Shown here: positions 15,022 through 25,771 of the stretch, piece after piece
How positions within the stretch are numbered: position 1 is the stretch's first letter
How the letters are laid out: each line of letters begins with the position of its first letter
NCBI GenBank assembly: GCA_015061775.1
Contig: SUVY01000002.1
Span: 12,157-76,156, forward strand
DNA from: Lentisphaerota bacterium
GTDB taxonomy: Bacteria > Verrucomicrobiota > Lentisphaeria > Victivallales > Victivallaceae
DNA length: 64,000 bases
Direction of reading: 5' to 3'
Notes under the pieces: model-generated
What the model was told of the DNA's origin: nothing
The model's input: only the letters and a program-made list of their open reading frames with translations
Database searches by the model: none
Program-made: the position numbers and the translations under genes

Positions 15022-16010
15022 TGCTTGAGCAGTTCGGCGCGATCGAGGTTGGTGAAGTAGCTTGCAGGAATATCAAGAATGGTCATGGCTCCGGATTTAC
15101 CCTCTTTGGCGAGGCGGGCGACCGCGCGGGCATGAGCAACAAGGACATTGGCAGTGGCTTCGGGATTGCTTCCCCAGACGCAGCGGTATTCGACGCGGGC
15201 GCTGTTGCCGTTACCGGTGGTTCCGGCGGCAATAGCAAGACCATCGTGCGGGAAACCGGCATATTTAGAATCAAGCTCTTCCTGAGAAACAAAAGTCACA
15301 TTGGTCTTGTAGGGGGCAAAGTATCCGGGCATCTCTTTGATGGTCTTAACGATCTCATCTTTATCGGCGCCCTCTTCGGCAACGACAAAACACTCTCTGG
15401 TGTGCATGTCTCCGGGCTGGAACTGCGGATTTTTGCCTGCGCGGATCTCGTCGATGGCTTCCGGAATAGCATGAGTGTACTGGCGGGCATCTTTGACTCC
15501 TTTGATGGTACGCAGGGCGTCGCTGTGTCCCATACTCAAACCGCCTTTTTCTCCGAGGCCGTAGAATCCGTAGGCACGTGCTCCGGGAATGAAAGCTCCG
15601 GCAAGGACACGCTCAAGGGAGAAAATTCCGGGGTCCCATCCGGTGGAAATAACTGAAACGTGACCGGATTCCAAAGCCGCTTTGTCCATTTCTGCAAAGT
15701 ACTCCGGAACTCTTGAATGGTTATCGAAGCTGTCAACAGTGTTGACAAGTTTCGCCATTTTGGGTCCCCACTCAGGAAGGTCATTCTTTGAGCCGCCGCA
15801 GAGGATGACTACATCGGGAGCAAACTCTTTGAGCCATGTATCGGTATCATTGACATTGAGAACAGCCACATCGCCAACTTCACGGCGGACACGGTCGGGG
15901 TTGCGGCTGAGGATTCCGACGAGCTTCATGTCGCTGTTGCGTTTGATGGATTCAACGACACCGCGTCCAACGTTGCCGAATCCGGAAATGACTACTTTTA
16001 TTTGAGACAT
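15012..16010 (-). CDS. ddh: meso-diaminopimelate D-dehydrogenase
   Basis: 332 aa. The N-terminal Rossmann segment IKVVISGFGNVGRGVVESIKRNSDMKLVGILSR resembles the Corynebacterium Ddh opening, and length and later blocks are consistent. Confidence 0.8.
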   Translation of the reverse strand: MSQIKVVISGFGNVGRGVVESIKRNSDMKLVGILSRNPDRVRREVGDVAVLNVNDTDTWLKEFAPDVVILCGGSKNDLPEWGPKMAKLVNTVDSFDNHSRVPEYFAEMDKAALESGHVSVISTGWDPGIFSLERVLAGAFIPGARAYGFYGLGEKGGLSMGHSDALRTIKGVKDARQYTHAIPEAIDEIRAGKNPQFQPGDMHTRECFVVAEEGADKDEIVKTIKEMPGYFAPYKTNVTFVSQEELDSKYAGFPHDGLAIAAGTTGNGNSARVEYRCVWGSNPEATANVLVAHARAVARLAKEGKSGAMTILDIPASYFTNLDRAELLKHWI

Positions 16011-16104
16011 AATAAAAAACTCCTGTTGTTTTGTTAAACTGCCGTTTTATAAAATACATTCCTGCGCTGCTGAAATCAAGCGAAGAATGCAAAATTACTG
16101 CCGT

Positions 16105-16344
16105 TCATTTACCAGAGGCCTCGCGTATCATATCGCGGAACTCTTCAGGTGAAAGCTCATCCATGCGCTTGCCGCGGCGGGAAAGCTTTTCATTGAATTT
16201 GACGGCGGTCTCGGTCATCCGTTCATGGGTCTCTTCAGAACCTCCGACGAGATAGAAGTTATCTCCTTTGGTGACGCGCTTGTGTCCGTCGTTATTATCA
16301 AATCCCACCCCGAGAAGAGCAGACTGATCCTGTTTTTTCTGCAT
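16105..16344 (-). CDS. Small conserved-looking hypothetical protein
   Basis: Start set at ATG 16344 (GGAG 9 nt upstream; the ORF-track start at 16359 is a GTG inside that RBS). 79 aa, no Cys, no TM. Sequence: LLGVGFDNNDGHKRVTKGDNFYLVGGSEETHERM... Confidence 0.5.
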   Translation of the reverse strand: MQKKQDQSALLGVGFDNNDGHKRVTKGDNFYLVGGSEETHERMTETAVKFNEKLSRRGKRMDELSPEEFRDMIREASGK

Positions 16345-16485
16345 GTGTAAAATCTCCACAAAAAATGATGTCCACAGTAATAATATAACTCATTTATGCA
16401 ACTTTCGCAAGGCAGAACTTGCTTTTAACGGCAAATTGTTGTACTTTATATAAAAGAAATATTGCAAAACAGAAAGGCTGTAATT

Positions 16486-18136
<1,651 letters not shown>

Positions 18137-18153
18137 TAACTCAAAACTAAAAA

Positions 18154-18192
18154 GGCGCAGCTGCCGGATTAGCAGTTGCGCCTTTTGTTTTT
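18154..18192. terminator. Bidirectional terminator between convergent tgt and the UDP-sugar dehydrogenase gene
   Basis: The stem GGCGCAGCTGC / GCAGTTGCGCC (one G-U pair) is flanked by AAAA on the left and TTTTGTTTTT on the right. Confidence 0.7.
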
Positions 18193-18202
18193 CCTTCATA
18201 TT

Positions 18203-19498
18203 TTACAGTCTTCCGTCAACGATATCCTTGGGAAGTACTCCCTTTACATCGAAGACCACCGCATCTTTGGCAAGCAGAGATTTGATATCAAGCTGCTCAA
18301 ACTCACGGTGTGCAACGGCAAGGACAACGGCGTTGTACTTTCCGTAATCAAGCTGTGAAGCGTCTTTGAAACTCTTTACGTTGCACTTGATTTTTGCGTC
18401 TTCAGGCTCTGCCCATGGGTCATAGACTTCGACGCTGCAGCCGAACTCCTCAAGACCGCGGATAACATCGACCGCCCGGGAGTTGCGGATATCCGGGCAG
18501 TTCTCTTTGAAAGTAACTCCAAGCTGAAGTACTCTGGTTCCTGATACGCGCTGTCCCTTTTTAATCATCAGTTTGACAACTTCGGTCGCAACGTACTTGC
18601 CCATACCGTCGTTTATGCGGCGTCCGGAGAGTATCACTTCAGGAAGGTATCCGAGCGACTGCGCCTTATGAGTGAGATAGTAGGGATCGACTCCGATACA
18701 ATGACCTCCGACAAGTCCGGGAGTGAACTTGAGAAAATTCCATTTCGTCCCCGCGGCCTCAAGCACTTCGTGCGTGTCTATTCCGATAAGGTGGAATATC
18801 TTTGACAGCTCGTTGACAAATGCTATATTGATATCCCGCTGGCTGTTTTCAATGACTTTTGCCGCCTCGGCGACCTTTATACTGCTGGCACGGTGGGTTC
18901 CGCGTTTCAGAATGGAGCGGTAGAGAGCATCGACCGCTTCAGCCGCCTCAGGAGTTGAGCCTGAAGTTATCTTCAATATGTCGGTAAGAGTATGCTGTTT
19001 GTCTCCGGGATTTATCCGCTCAGGACTGTATCCGCAGAAGAAACCGCTGTTGAACTCAAATCCGCTCATTTCGCTCAGAACTGGAACACACTCCTCTTCG
19101 GTACACCCTGGATATACTGTGCTCTCATAGATGACAAGAGCTCCTTTCTTCATTACGCTGCCGACGGTGCGGCTCGCGGAAATCAGCGGAGTAAGATCAG
19201 GACGGTTATAACGGTCAACAGGAGTCGGAACCGTTACGATAAATACATCACACTCTGACAGTTCATCAGTGTTTCCGGTATAGGTAAGTTTGGTTGCGGC
19301 AAGCAGCGTTTCCGTTGAAGTTTCAAGAGTGTTGTCGATGCCTTTTTTCAACATATCAAGACGCTTTTGCTTGACATCGAACCCCTTGGTGACAAAATAT
19401 TTTCCGAATTCGGCAGCGAGCGGAAGTCCGACATATCCGAGACCGATAACCGCGATCTTCGCCTCGCGGCTGCGGATCTTTTCGAGCAGATTTTTCAT
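18203..19498 (-). CDS. Nucleotide-sugar dehydrogenase (TviB/WbpO-like UDP-GlcNAc/UDP-GalNAc 6-dehydrogenase)
   Basis: 431 aa. Motifs: KIAVIGLGYVGLPLA, TVPTPV, ESTVYPG.TEE, GGHCIGVDPYY. Confidence 0.85.
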   Translation of the reverse strand: MKNLLEKIRSREAKIAVIGLGYVGLPLAAEFGKYFVTKGFDVKQKRLDMLKKGIDNTLETSTETLLAATKLTYTGNTDELSECDVFIVTVPTPVDRYNRPDLTPLISASRTVGSVMKKGALVIYESTVYPGCTEEECVPVLSEMSGFEFNSGFFCGYSPERINPGDKQHTLTDILKITSGSTPEAAEAVDALYRSILKRGTHRASSIKVAEAAKVIENSQRDINIAFVNELSKIFHLIGIDTHEVLEAAGTKWNFLKFTPGLVGGHCIGVDPYYLTHKAQSLGYLPEVILSGRRINDGMGKYVATEVVKLMIKKGQRVSGTRVLQLGVTFKENCPDIRNSRAVDVIRGLEEFGCSVEVYDPWAEPEDAKIKCNVKSFKDASQLDYGKYNAVVLAVAHREFEQLDIKSLLAKDAVVFDVKGVLPKDIVDGRL

Positions 19499-19519
19499 AA
19501 TAATTCCCCCGGAGTCTTT

Positions 19520-20086
19520 TCAGGAACGGCAGAGTTTTGTTCCGAGGAGCAAAGTAGATACTCCGGAAACTATGATACAGAAAGCCAGCAGCCAAGTGTA
19601 GGCGAGCAGGCCGACAAGCGGAGATACGATAAGAATTACTCCGACAAGGATCGTAAGCAGAGCAGAAACTATACCAAGTATTCCTGAGCTCTTTGCGGTC
19701 GATATGCTCTGGATGCCGGATATGAGCTGCCAGATTCCAATGATGACTGTTCCGAGGCGGGCGATGCCGAGCGCATTGAAGATGCAGAGCAGTCCGAGTA
19801 TCAGCATTATCGCTGCCGGAATGATCGTCACAATACGTCCGTCTCCCTTGAGCCTGAAGGTCGAAACGATAAGCGGAACGGCGTCGATTATCAGCATTAT
19901 ACCTATGATTTTAATGAGGATATCGAGCGTCTTGAAAGGATTTATCCAGAGCAGGACTCCGAAGATGATCATAATGACTCCTCTCAGGATCAGCGAACCG
20001 CCTATTGCGCGGAATATTCCGGAAAATGTCGAACCGGAAAGCTCTACCGGTCTTCCGTTATTCGGAGTATAGTTGTTTTCATCCAT
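19520..20086 (-). CDS. HdeD-family (DUF308) membrane protein
   Basis: 188 aa, about six short TM helices with repeated G-rich DUF308-type segments (LILRGVIMIIFGVLLWINP..., IIGIWQLISGI). Confidence 0.65.
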   Translation of the reverse strand: MDENNYTPNNGRPVELSGSTFSGIFRAIGGSLILRGVIMIIFGVLLWINPFKTLDILIKIIGIMLIIDAVPLIVSTFRLKGDGRIVTIIPAAIMLILGLLCIFNALGIARLGTVIIGIWQLISGIQSISTAKSSGILGIVSALLTILVGVILIVSPLVGLLAYTWLLAFCIIVSGVSTLLLGTKLCRS

Positions 20087-20145
20087 TATTCAAAACCTTT
20101 CGTTGTTTGATCTACATTACAATATAAACTGTTTACAGCAATTTT

Positions 20146-21474
20146 TCAATGCCGGGGAGAGAGAAATCCCGATATACGCATCAAAATCCACTCATAAGGA
20201 CGGGAACGCTTATCCTCAGGAAGCGGAGTGAGACTCCTTATAATGAAAAATCCAGGGACAAGAATAAATCCTGTTATAAGGAAGTACAGTTTGTATCCGT
20301 CAAGCGGAGTCGATACAAAGCTCGGAACCAGCTCAAGCAAAGTTCCCGTCACCAGCATACCTGCTATTCCTGATGGAACTCCGGTCACGACAGCCAGCAG
20401 TACAGAACCTCCGACCCGGTGTTCGGATGAAACGGTCTGCAAAAAATAGTGCACCGGTGCTCCCGTTACAAGGGCCGGAACTGTTCCAAGCAGGAAAAAG
20501 TAGAACAGCATGAACACATAGGGCAGTTTATCCGGAAGTATATACCATGAAAGAGCACAAAGTATGCAGATCATCTGGCATATCATCATCTCTTTGCGCG
20601 GACCGATATATTTTACCAGACGCGAACTGAAGAACCCCATAATGCTCGCTCCGGCGGAAAGACTTACGGTGAAAAACAGCGCATCGCTGTCGCTTACTGA
20701 ATAACCTCTCTTGACAGCGAGCGTTGAAATCGGGATAACCATGGTGCTCGCAAAACTCAGGACAAATCCGGCATAGAGCTGGCGTCTCATAGTCAAATCG
20801 CGCAGCCCCCACTTGATTTCCGGAGCAAGCGGCTTGCGGGCTGAGTCGCGGATCGCGGTGGTCTCGGTCACGTTGCGCATAAACTTTGAAGAACTTATTC
20901 CGCAAACGGCTCCGAATACGATAATTCCGACGAGCGTCCAGAGATTATCGCTGTACTTTGTCGTTAGAGCAATAGCAAGTATGGTTATCATGCGGGCAAG
21001 GAAAAATATTCCATTGGTAATAGCGATGAACCTGCCGCGGTTTTTGTCATTGGTGATATCTCCCACAAGCGGCTGAGACATAACGACGCCGGCGGCGCGG
21101 AACCCATAGAAGAAAAAGGAGCCTGCAAGCAGAAAAATAACGGCGGATATTTTCCAGTTGAAATAAGAGAGGACTCCGGCAACCGCGACCATCAGAGCGG
21201 CAACGTTGCGGCATATCCAGAAAAAGCTCTGGGTGTAAGCCCCTCCCCACTTCGCGGCAACCATTTTTCCAAGCGGAAGCAGCAGATATCCGACGTAAAG
21301 CATTGAGCCGAGAGCTGAAACCGTGAAATCCGTCGAATTCATCTTGACCGCAAGCAAAATCATCACGGTTTCGCCGAGGCACATATAGGAAATTCCATTG
21401 ATAGCATTGAAACAGTTATAATTGAATTGCGATGCTTTTTGCTGCTGCTCTGTCAGCGGTTTTTCGATAATCAT
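20146..21474 (-). CDS. MFS transporter
   Basis: 442 aa with about 12 TM helices, and a D-R-x-G-R-like loop (DKNRGRF) between TM2 and TM3. Confidence 0.7.
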   Translation of the reverse strand: MIIEKPLTEQQQKASQFNYNCFNAINGISYMCLGETVMILLAVKMNSTDFTVSALGSMLYVGYLLLPLGKMVAAKWGGAYTQSFFWICRNVAALMVAVAGVLSYFNWKISAVIFLLAGSFFFYGFRAAGVVMSQPLVGDITNDKNRGRFIAITNGIFFLARMITILAIALTTKYSDNLWTLVGIIVFGAVCGISSSKFMRNVTETTAIRDSARKPLAPEIKWGLRDLTMRRQLYAGFVLSFASTMVIPISTLAVKRGYSVSDSDALFFTVSLSAGASIMGFFSSRLVKYIGPRKEMMICQMICILCALSWYILPDKLPYVFMLFYFFLLGTVPALVTGAPVHYFLQTVSSEHRVGGSVLLAVVTGVPSGIAGMLVTGTLLELVPSFVSTPLDGYKLYFLITGFILVPGFFIIRSLTPLPEDKRSRPYEWILMRISGFLSPRH

Positions 21475-21636
21475 AAATATACACCATTTTTATTTTAACG
21501 TAGATACAATGAAATATAATATACCACTAAATTCCACGAAATACCACTTGCAGAGCTGGGAAAACTTGTATTTCCCGCATAAAACATGTATATTTCATCA
21601 GCACAACATAAAAATACCATTCAAGAGGCAAACAAT

Positions 21637-23067
21637 ATGAAAAAAGAAGTCATCAGACTGTGGCAGGATTCAGAAACAGAAGTTGAACTGCAATGTTACG
21701 AAAACCCCAAAACAGGAATACGTCCCGCCATGCTGGTCATTCCGGGAGGAGGATACGCCAACGTCTGTCAGGGACATGAGGGATACCCCATCGCAAAACG
21801 GTTTTCAGATATCGGCTTCCGCAGTTTTGTATTGATATACCGAGTAGCCCCACATCGTTTTCCGGCTCCGCAGCTTGACGCATACAAGGCGATCGAATAT
21901 ATCAGGAACAATGCGGATAAGCTTCAGGTAAATCCTGACAATATAGCCGTTTGCGGATTTTCCGCCGGAGGTCACCTCGCGGCATCCCTCGCTATATTTG
22001 CCAAAGAGCTCGGAAAAGAGACTTGTGCTCCAAACGGAGTCGTGCTCGCCTACCCCGTGATATCCTCCTCATCATTCGGACATCAGGGAAGTTTCAAAAA
22101 TCTGCTGGGAGAAGATTATAAAAGTAAAAAAAGCCTGTATTCCCTTGAAAAACGCGTAGAAAAAGGTTATCCGGCGACCTTCTGCTGGCACACCGCCGAA
22201 GACAGCGTAGTTCCGGTGGAAAACAGCCTTGCTTTCGCCCGCAGTATGTGGAAAGCAGGCAACAGTTGCGAAATGCGTATATTTCAGACCGGATCACACG
22301 GTCTTGCCCTCGGTTACGGCAGAAAAGATATTTCTGCCTGGCCGCAGATGGCAAAGGAGTTCCTTATCCACAACGGAAATTTCTCTTTTCCTGATACAAA
22401 ACAGGGACCTACCGTTGTATTGACTTTCGATGACGCAACCTGCAACCACTTGACTACGGTAGCTCCGCTGCTGAAAAAATACGGTTTCGGAGCTACCTTT
22501 TTCCCCTGCAACTTCGATAAAAAATGGCAACAGAAAAACCGTCAACACCTGATGACTCAGTCTCAGCTCAAAGAACTTCAGGAGCTCGGTTTTGAAATAG
22601 GAAACCACACCGACAGTCACCCATGGGATATGACAAAACTTTCAGAAGAAGAGTGCGCGCGTGAAATTTCTACCATGAATGAATACCTCAGGCAGGCTGG
22701 AGTCAAAGTCAGCAACTCATTTGCTTATCCCTGCGGAATTTTCGATGATAACGTCATTGAAACAGTTAAAGCAGCGGGCTTTTCTCTCGGCCGCACCACT
22801 ATCGAAAAGGTATGGGATGTCAAAAAATGTGATCCGATGAAAATTCCGGCGATTCCGATCATGAATAACAGTTACGGAAGTTTCTACGCAGCCGTCAGCA
22901 AGGCAACCGCCGAAAAGCCTGTGGTGCTGGTTCTTCATGGAATTCCGGAAATCGTACACGCTCATTGTTCGAATACTCCGGAATTCTTTGAAAAAATGCT
23001 CAGCTATCTCAAAGCCCTCAACTGCAGAGTCATCGGCTTGCAGGAGGCGTATGAACTTCTGAAGTAA
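21637..23067 (+). CDS. Bifunctional carbohydrate esterase: alpha/beta-hydrolase esterase fused to a NodB-type polysaccharide deacetylase
   Basis: Start at ATG 21637. The N-terminal half has VIPGGGY and the GxSxG elbow GFSAGGHLA. The C-terminal half has the NodB motifs LTFDDA and NHTDSHP. Confidence 0.7.
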   Translation: MKKEVIRLWQDSETEVELQCYENPKTGIRPAMLVIPGGGYANVCQGHEGYPIAKRFSDIGFRSFVLIYRVAPHRFPAPQLDAYKAIEYIRNNADKLQVNPDNIAVCGFSAGGHLAASLAIFAKELGKETCAPNGVVLAYPVISSSSFGHQGSFKNLLGEDYKSKKSLYSLEKRVEKGYPATFCWHTAEDSVVPVENSLAFARSMWKAGNSCEMRIFQTGSHGLALGYGRKDISAWPQMAKEFLIHNGNFSFPDTKQGPTVVLTFDDATCNHLTTVAPLLKKYGFGATFFPCNFDKKWQQKNRQHLMTQSQLKELQELGFEIGNHTDSHPWDMTKLSEEECAREISTMNEYLRQAGVKVSNSFAYPCGIFDDNVIETVKAAGFSLGRTTIEKVWDVKKCDPMKIPAIPIMNNSYGSFYAAVSKATAEKPVVLVLHGIPEIVHAHCSNTPEFFEKMLSYLKALNCRVIGLQEAYELLK

Positions 23068-23080
23068 TTTTACCTGCAAT

Positions 23081-23109
23081 AAAAAATCCCCTCCCCTTGC
23101 GGAGAGAGG
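23081..23109 (-). terminator. Terminator of the minus-strand glycan operon (after the sulfatase-family gene)
   Basis: The minus strand reads CCTCTCTCC-gcaa-GGGGAGGGG-ATTTTTT. The two non-Watson-Crick positions are G-U on the minus-strand RNA but C-A on the plus strand, so it is strand-specific. Confidence 0.65.
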
Positions 23110-23136
23110 ACTGTTCCATATAAGCTTGGCAGCCGC

Positions 23137-25011
23137 TTACTTGTTGAAACGCTGGCTGTCAAGCTGTATTTTCATCAGCAGAGATACGTTGTCGGCAAAA
23201 AACTTATCCTTGCCTTCGACCTCTTTATCGTTGATATCATAGAGCTTGTTGGTCGCGCTCGAAAGCGAAGTTGTGGGCAGCAATATCTTGTGTTTACTGC
23301 CGATAAAAAAGAGTTCGCTCCACCCCGAAGCAAGCGAATAGGTACGCTCACTTTTTCCGTCGAGCAGATTGTATCCCAGACAGTAATCCTCTGCGGGGCT
23401 GGTCACTCCAAAATAGGGAGCAAGCATGGGAACTATATCAAAATGGCTGCTCATTTTATCATAGATCTTTGCTCCGGCTCCGGGAATGTGTATGACCAGC
23501 GGAGTATGTATCTGCTCCTTGACAAAGGTTGAATTGTGACCGAGACGTCCCTTTTCAAAGAACTCTTCTCCGTGATCTCCGACAAGTACAACGATAGTGT
23601 TTTTGAGCATATCGTACTTTTCAAGTGTATCAAAGACCTCTTTCAAGCGGGAGTCAAGATGATTGCAGGCATTCATATAGCGGCGTTTGATCGCAGGTCC
23701 CGCCTCTTTGCTTACCGAAGCGTAGTTGATGGATTTGTGGTAGTCAGGCTCTATGATGTTCTCAGCAGGAAACTCATAGGGAGCATGCGGGGACTCAAAG
23801 AACATAAAACCGAAAAACGGTCCTTTATCGCGATTGTCGGCAATGAATTTGCAGAGCTTTTTGACATTGCGCTGATCACGCTGGAACGTCGCTCCGTTAT
23901 CATCGCTCAGGAGAGAATCTGAGGGCACTCTGGCAAATACTGTGTGATCAAATTCAGGATACGAAAACTTTGCGCTGGTAACACAGAAAAACTTATAGCC
24001 GTCCTCTATCAGCCAATCCATAAATACCGGACCGCGGCGGGAATTGAGAACCGGATGCCAGTAATTTCCATAGAGACCGTAGAACATGGAAAACACGCCC
24101 ATGCGCGTGCCGTTACCACCTGAGAGGTTGTTGGTAAAGCGGATGGATTTCTGAGCCATCCTCCAGGCGTTGGGCATGACTTTTTCATTGAGCATATCTC
24201 CTCGCCATGATTCACAGGCGAGCCAGACGACATTATATTTCATATTTTTTCCGTCGCGTACCACAGCTTTTGCCGGATACCGCAAACCGGTTCCGGCTCC
24301 GGCACGCAGAAGGATCTCCTGACGGTCAGGAGCTTTCACTCCGATTTTTTTGAAAAAGCTCTTCATTGAAACCGGAATGGACAGCGGAATCACTTTCGCA
24401 GACGCCAGCACCTCAGGTTCCATGCGGTAACGCTCGTAACCGTACATGAATATTCCGCAGGTAAAAGAGAGAGCTATCACCAGAAACAATGCTATGCTCA
24501 TCCGCAAAGTACAGAGTTTCCCGGCAACGGATTTGAGTTTTTCAGACCTGCTGCACAAGTATCCAAGACCTCCGAAAAACGCCGCAAGAAAGACGATAAC
24601 TGCGACCAGCGGAACAACGTTTTCGGCACGCAGTCCCATCGAAGCAAAACCTCCCGGAGTGGTCAGGAGATTATAGACCAGCGGATTGAAGTGAAATCCC
24701 CATCCACGGTAGAGTCCGAGATCGGTGAGCAGCAACAGTACTGAAATAAAACTTGCCGCAACACAGCTCCAATGAACAGCTGCGGAGCGTGTCGAAGCGT
24801 TTTTCACTTTTACTGTTGCTCCGAAAACAGCTGCCGCAACGATGATGGCAGGAAGAGTATAGATGAGCGTATATCCTCCAGCAGAGAGGATGAAATAGAT
24901 AACACTTCTCACTCCCGCGTCATCTGCCATAAAATAAAACAGCAGAAGTATCACAGCGTTGATAAGGTAAGTGAATCCGAGATAGGAAAATGTTTTTAAA
25001 TAATTTTTCAT
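23137..25011 (-). CDS. Membrane-anchored sulfatase-family hydrolase/transferase (YejM/LtaS/EptA-like architecture)
   Basis: 624 aa. About five N-terminal TM helices precede an alkaline-phosphatase-superfamily domain (VVWLACESWRGD, GGNGTRMG, ESPHAPY, VLVGDHGEEF). Confidence 0.7.
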   Translation of the reverse strand: MKNYLKTFSYLGFTYLINAVILLLFYFMADDAGVRSVIYFILSAGGYTLIYTLPAIIVAAAVFGATVKVKNASTRSAAVHWSCVAASFISVLLLLTDLGLYRGWGFHFNPLVYNLLTTPGGFASMGLRAENVVPLVAVIVFLAAFFGGLGYLCSRSEKLKSVAGKLCTLRMSIALFLVIALSFTCGIFMYGYERYRMEPEVLASAKVIPLSIPVSMKSFFKKIGVKAPDRQEILLRAGAGTGLRYPAKAVVRDGKNMKYNVVWLACESWRGDMLNEKVMPNAWRMAQKSIRFTNNLSGGNGTRMGVFSMFYGLYGNYWHPVLNSRRGPVFMDWLIEDGYKFFCVTSAKFSYPEFDHTVFARVPSDSLLSDDNGATFQRDQRNVKKLCKFIADNRDKGPFFGFMFFESPHAPYEFPAENIIEPDYHKSINYASVSKEAGPAIKRRYMNACNHLDSRLKEVFDTLEKYDMLKNTIVVLVGDHGEEFFEKGRLGHNSTFVKEQIHTPLVIHIPGAGAKIYDKMSSHFDIVPMLAPYFGVTSPAEDYCLGYNLLDGKSERTYSLASGWSELFFIGSKHKILLPTTSLSSATNKLYDINDKEVEGKDKFFADNVSLLMKIQLDSQRFNK

Positions 25012-25048
25012 TGTTTTACCAATAATAAGTTTAAATCCTGCGGAAGAT

Positions 25049-25771
25049 TTATTTTATCTTGCCGTCCGGACCGGTTTCGCTTCCTGCCTGAACGATTCCG
25101 TCAGCGGTACGTTTGATATGTTTCAAAATGACAGAGGAGACAAATTCTGCCTGCTTCTTTATAGCTTTTTTGGAAAAGTGGTAATTATCCCGCCACTCTT
25201 TTTTGTTCCAATCTTTGCACAATGCGTGGATATCCGCCAGCGGAAGATTTTTGGCTTTTGCTACTTCGGCAGCCAGCGCGTTGATCTCATCGACTTTTTT
25301 ATCTCCGTCACGCTTGGGAGTTGAATTCAACACCACGATAACGGTTCCGGGCAGACGTTTTGCCATATAATCGAGAGCCTTGGAAAAGGACTCTTTCCAC
25401 ATCTTGCGGTCAGTTGAAAGGCTGTGCAGACCGTTGTTGAATATCACGATATCGTATTTTTCGCGGGCAAACATAAGTTCGAGAACCGGCAGAAAAAGCG
25501 GATCAGTAATGCAGTTGCTGGTCGCAAGGTAGGATATATTGACCTTGCTACCGAGAGCAGTACGGACTAATCCGTGATATCCGCGGCAAACGGAGTCTCC
25601 GACCAGAAGCGCGCGCGGAGAACGGGTGTCGCGGGCATTGTAGCTGTACGACACGTTCCAGACAATGCTCTCTACTCTTTTTCCCAGCTTGGGAGACGCA
25701 TACTCCCGGATATCCACATCAGCAGCGGCGAGTACGCATACGAACGGAATAAAAAACAACAGTTTCTTCAT
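25049..25771 (-). CDS. Secreted SGNH/GDSL-family esterase
   Basis: 240 aa with a signal peptide (MKKLLFFIPFVCVLAAA). Motifs: block I LLVGDSV, block III FNNGLHS, block V DNYHF. Confidence 0.65.
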   Translation of the reverse strand: MKKLLFFIPFVCVLAAADVDIREYASPKLGKRVESIVWNVSYSYNARDTRSPRALLVGDSVCRGYHGLVRTALGSKVNISYLATSNCITDPLFLPVLELMFAREKYDIVIFNNGLHSLSTDRKMWKESFSKALDYMAKRLPGTVIVVLNSTPKRDGDKKVDEINALAAEVAKAKNLPLADIHALCKDWNKKEWRDNYHFSKKAIKKQAEFVSSVILKHIKRTADGIVQAGSETGPDGKIK

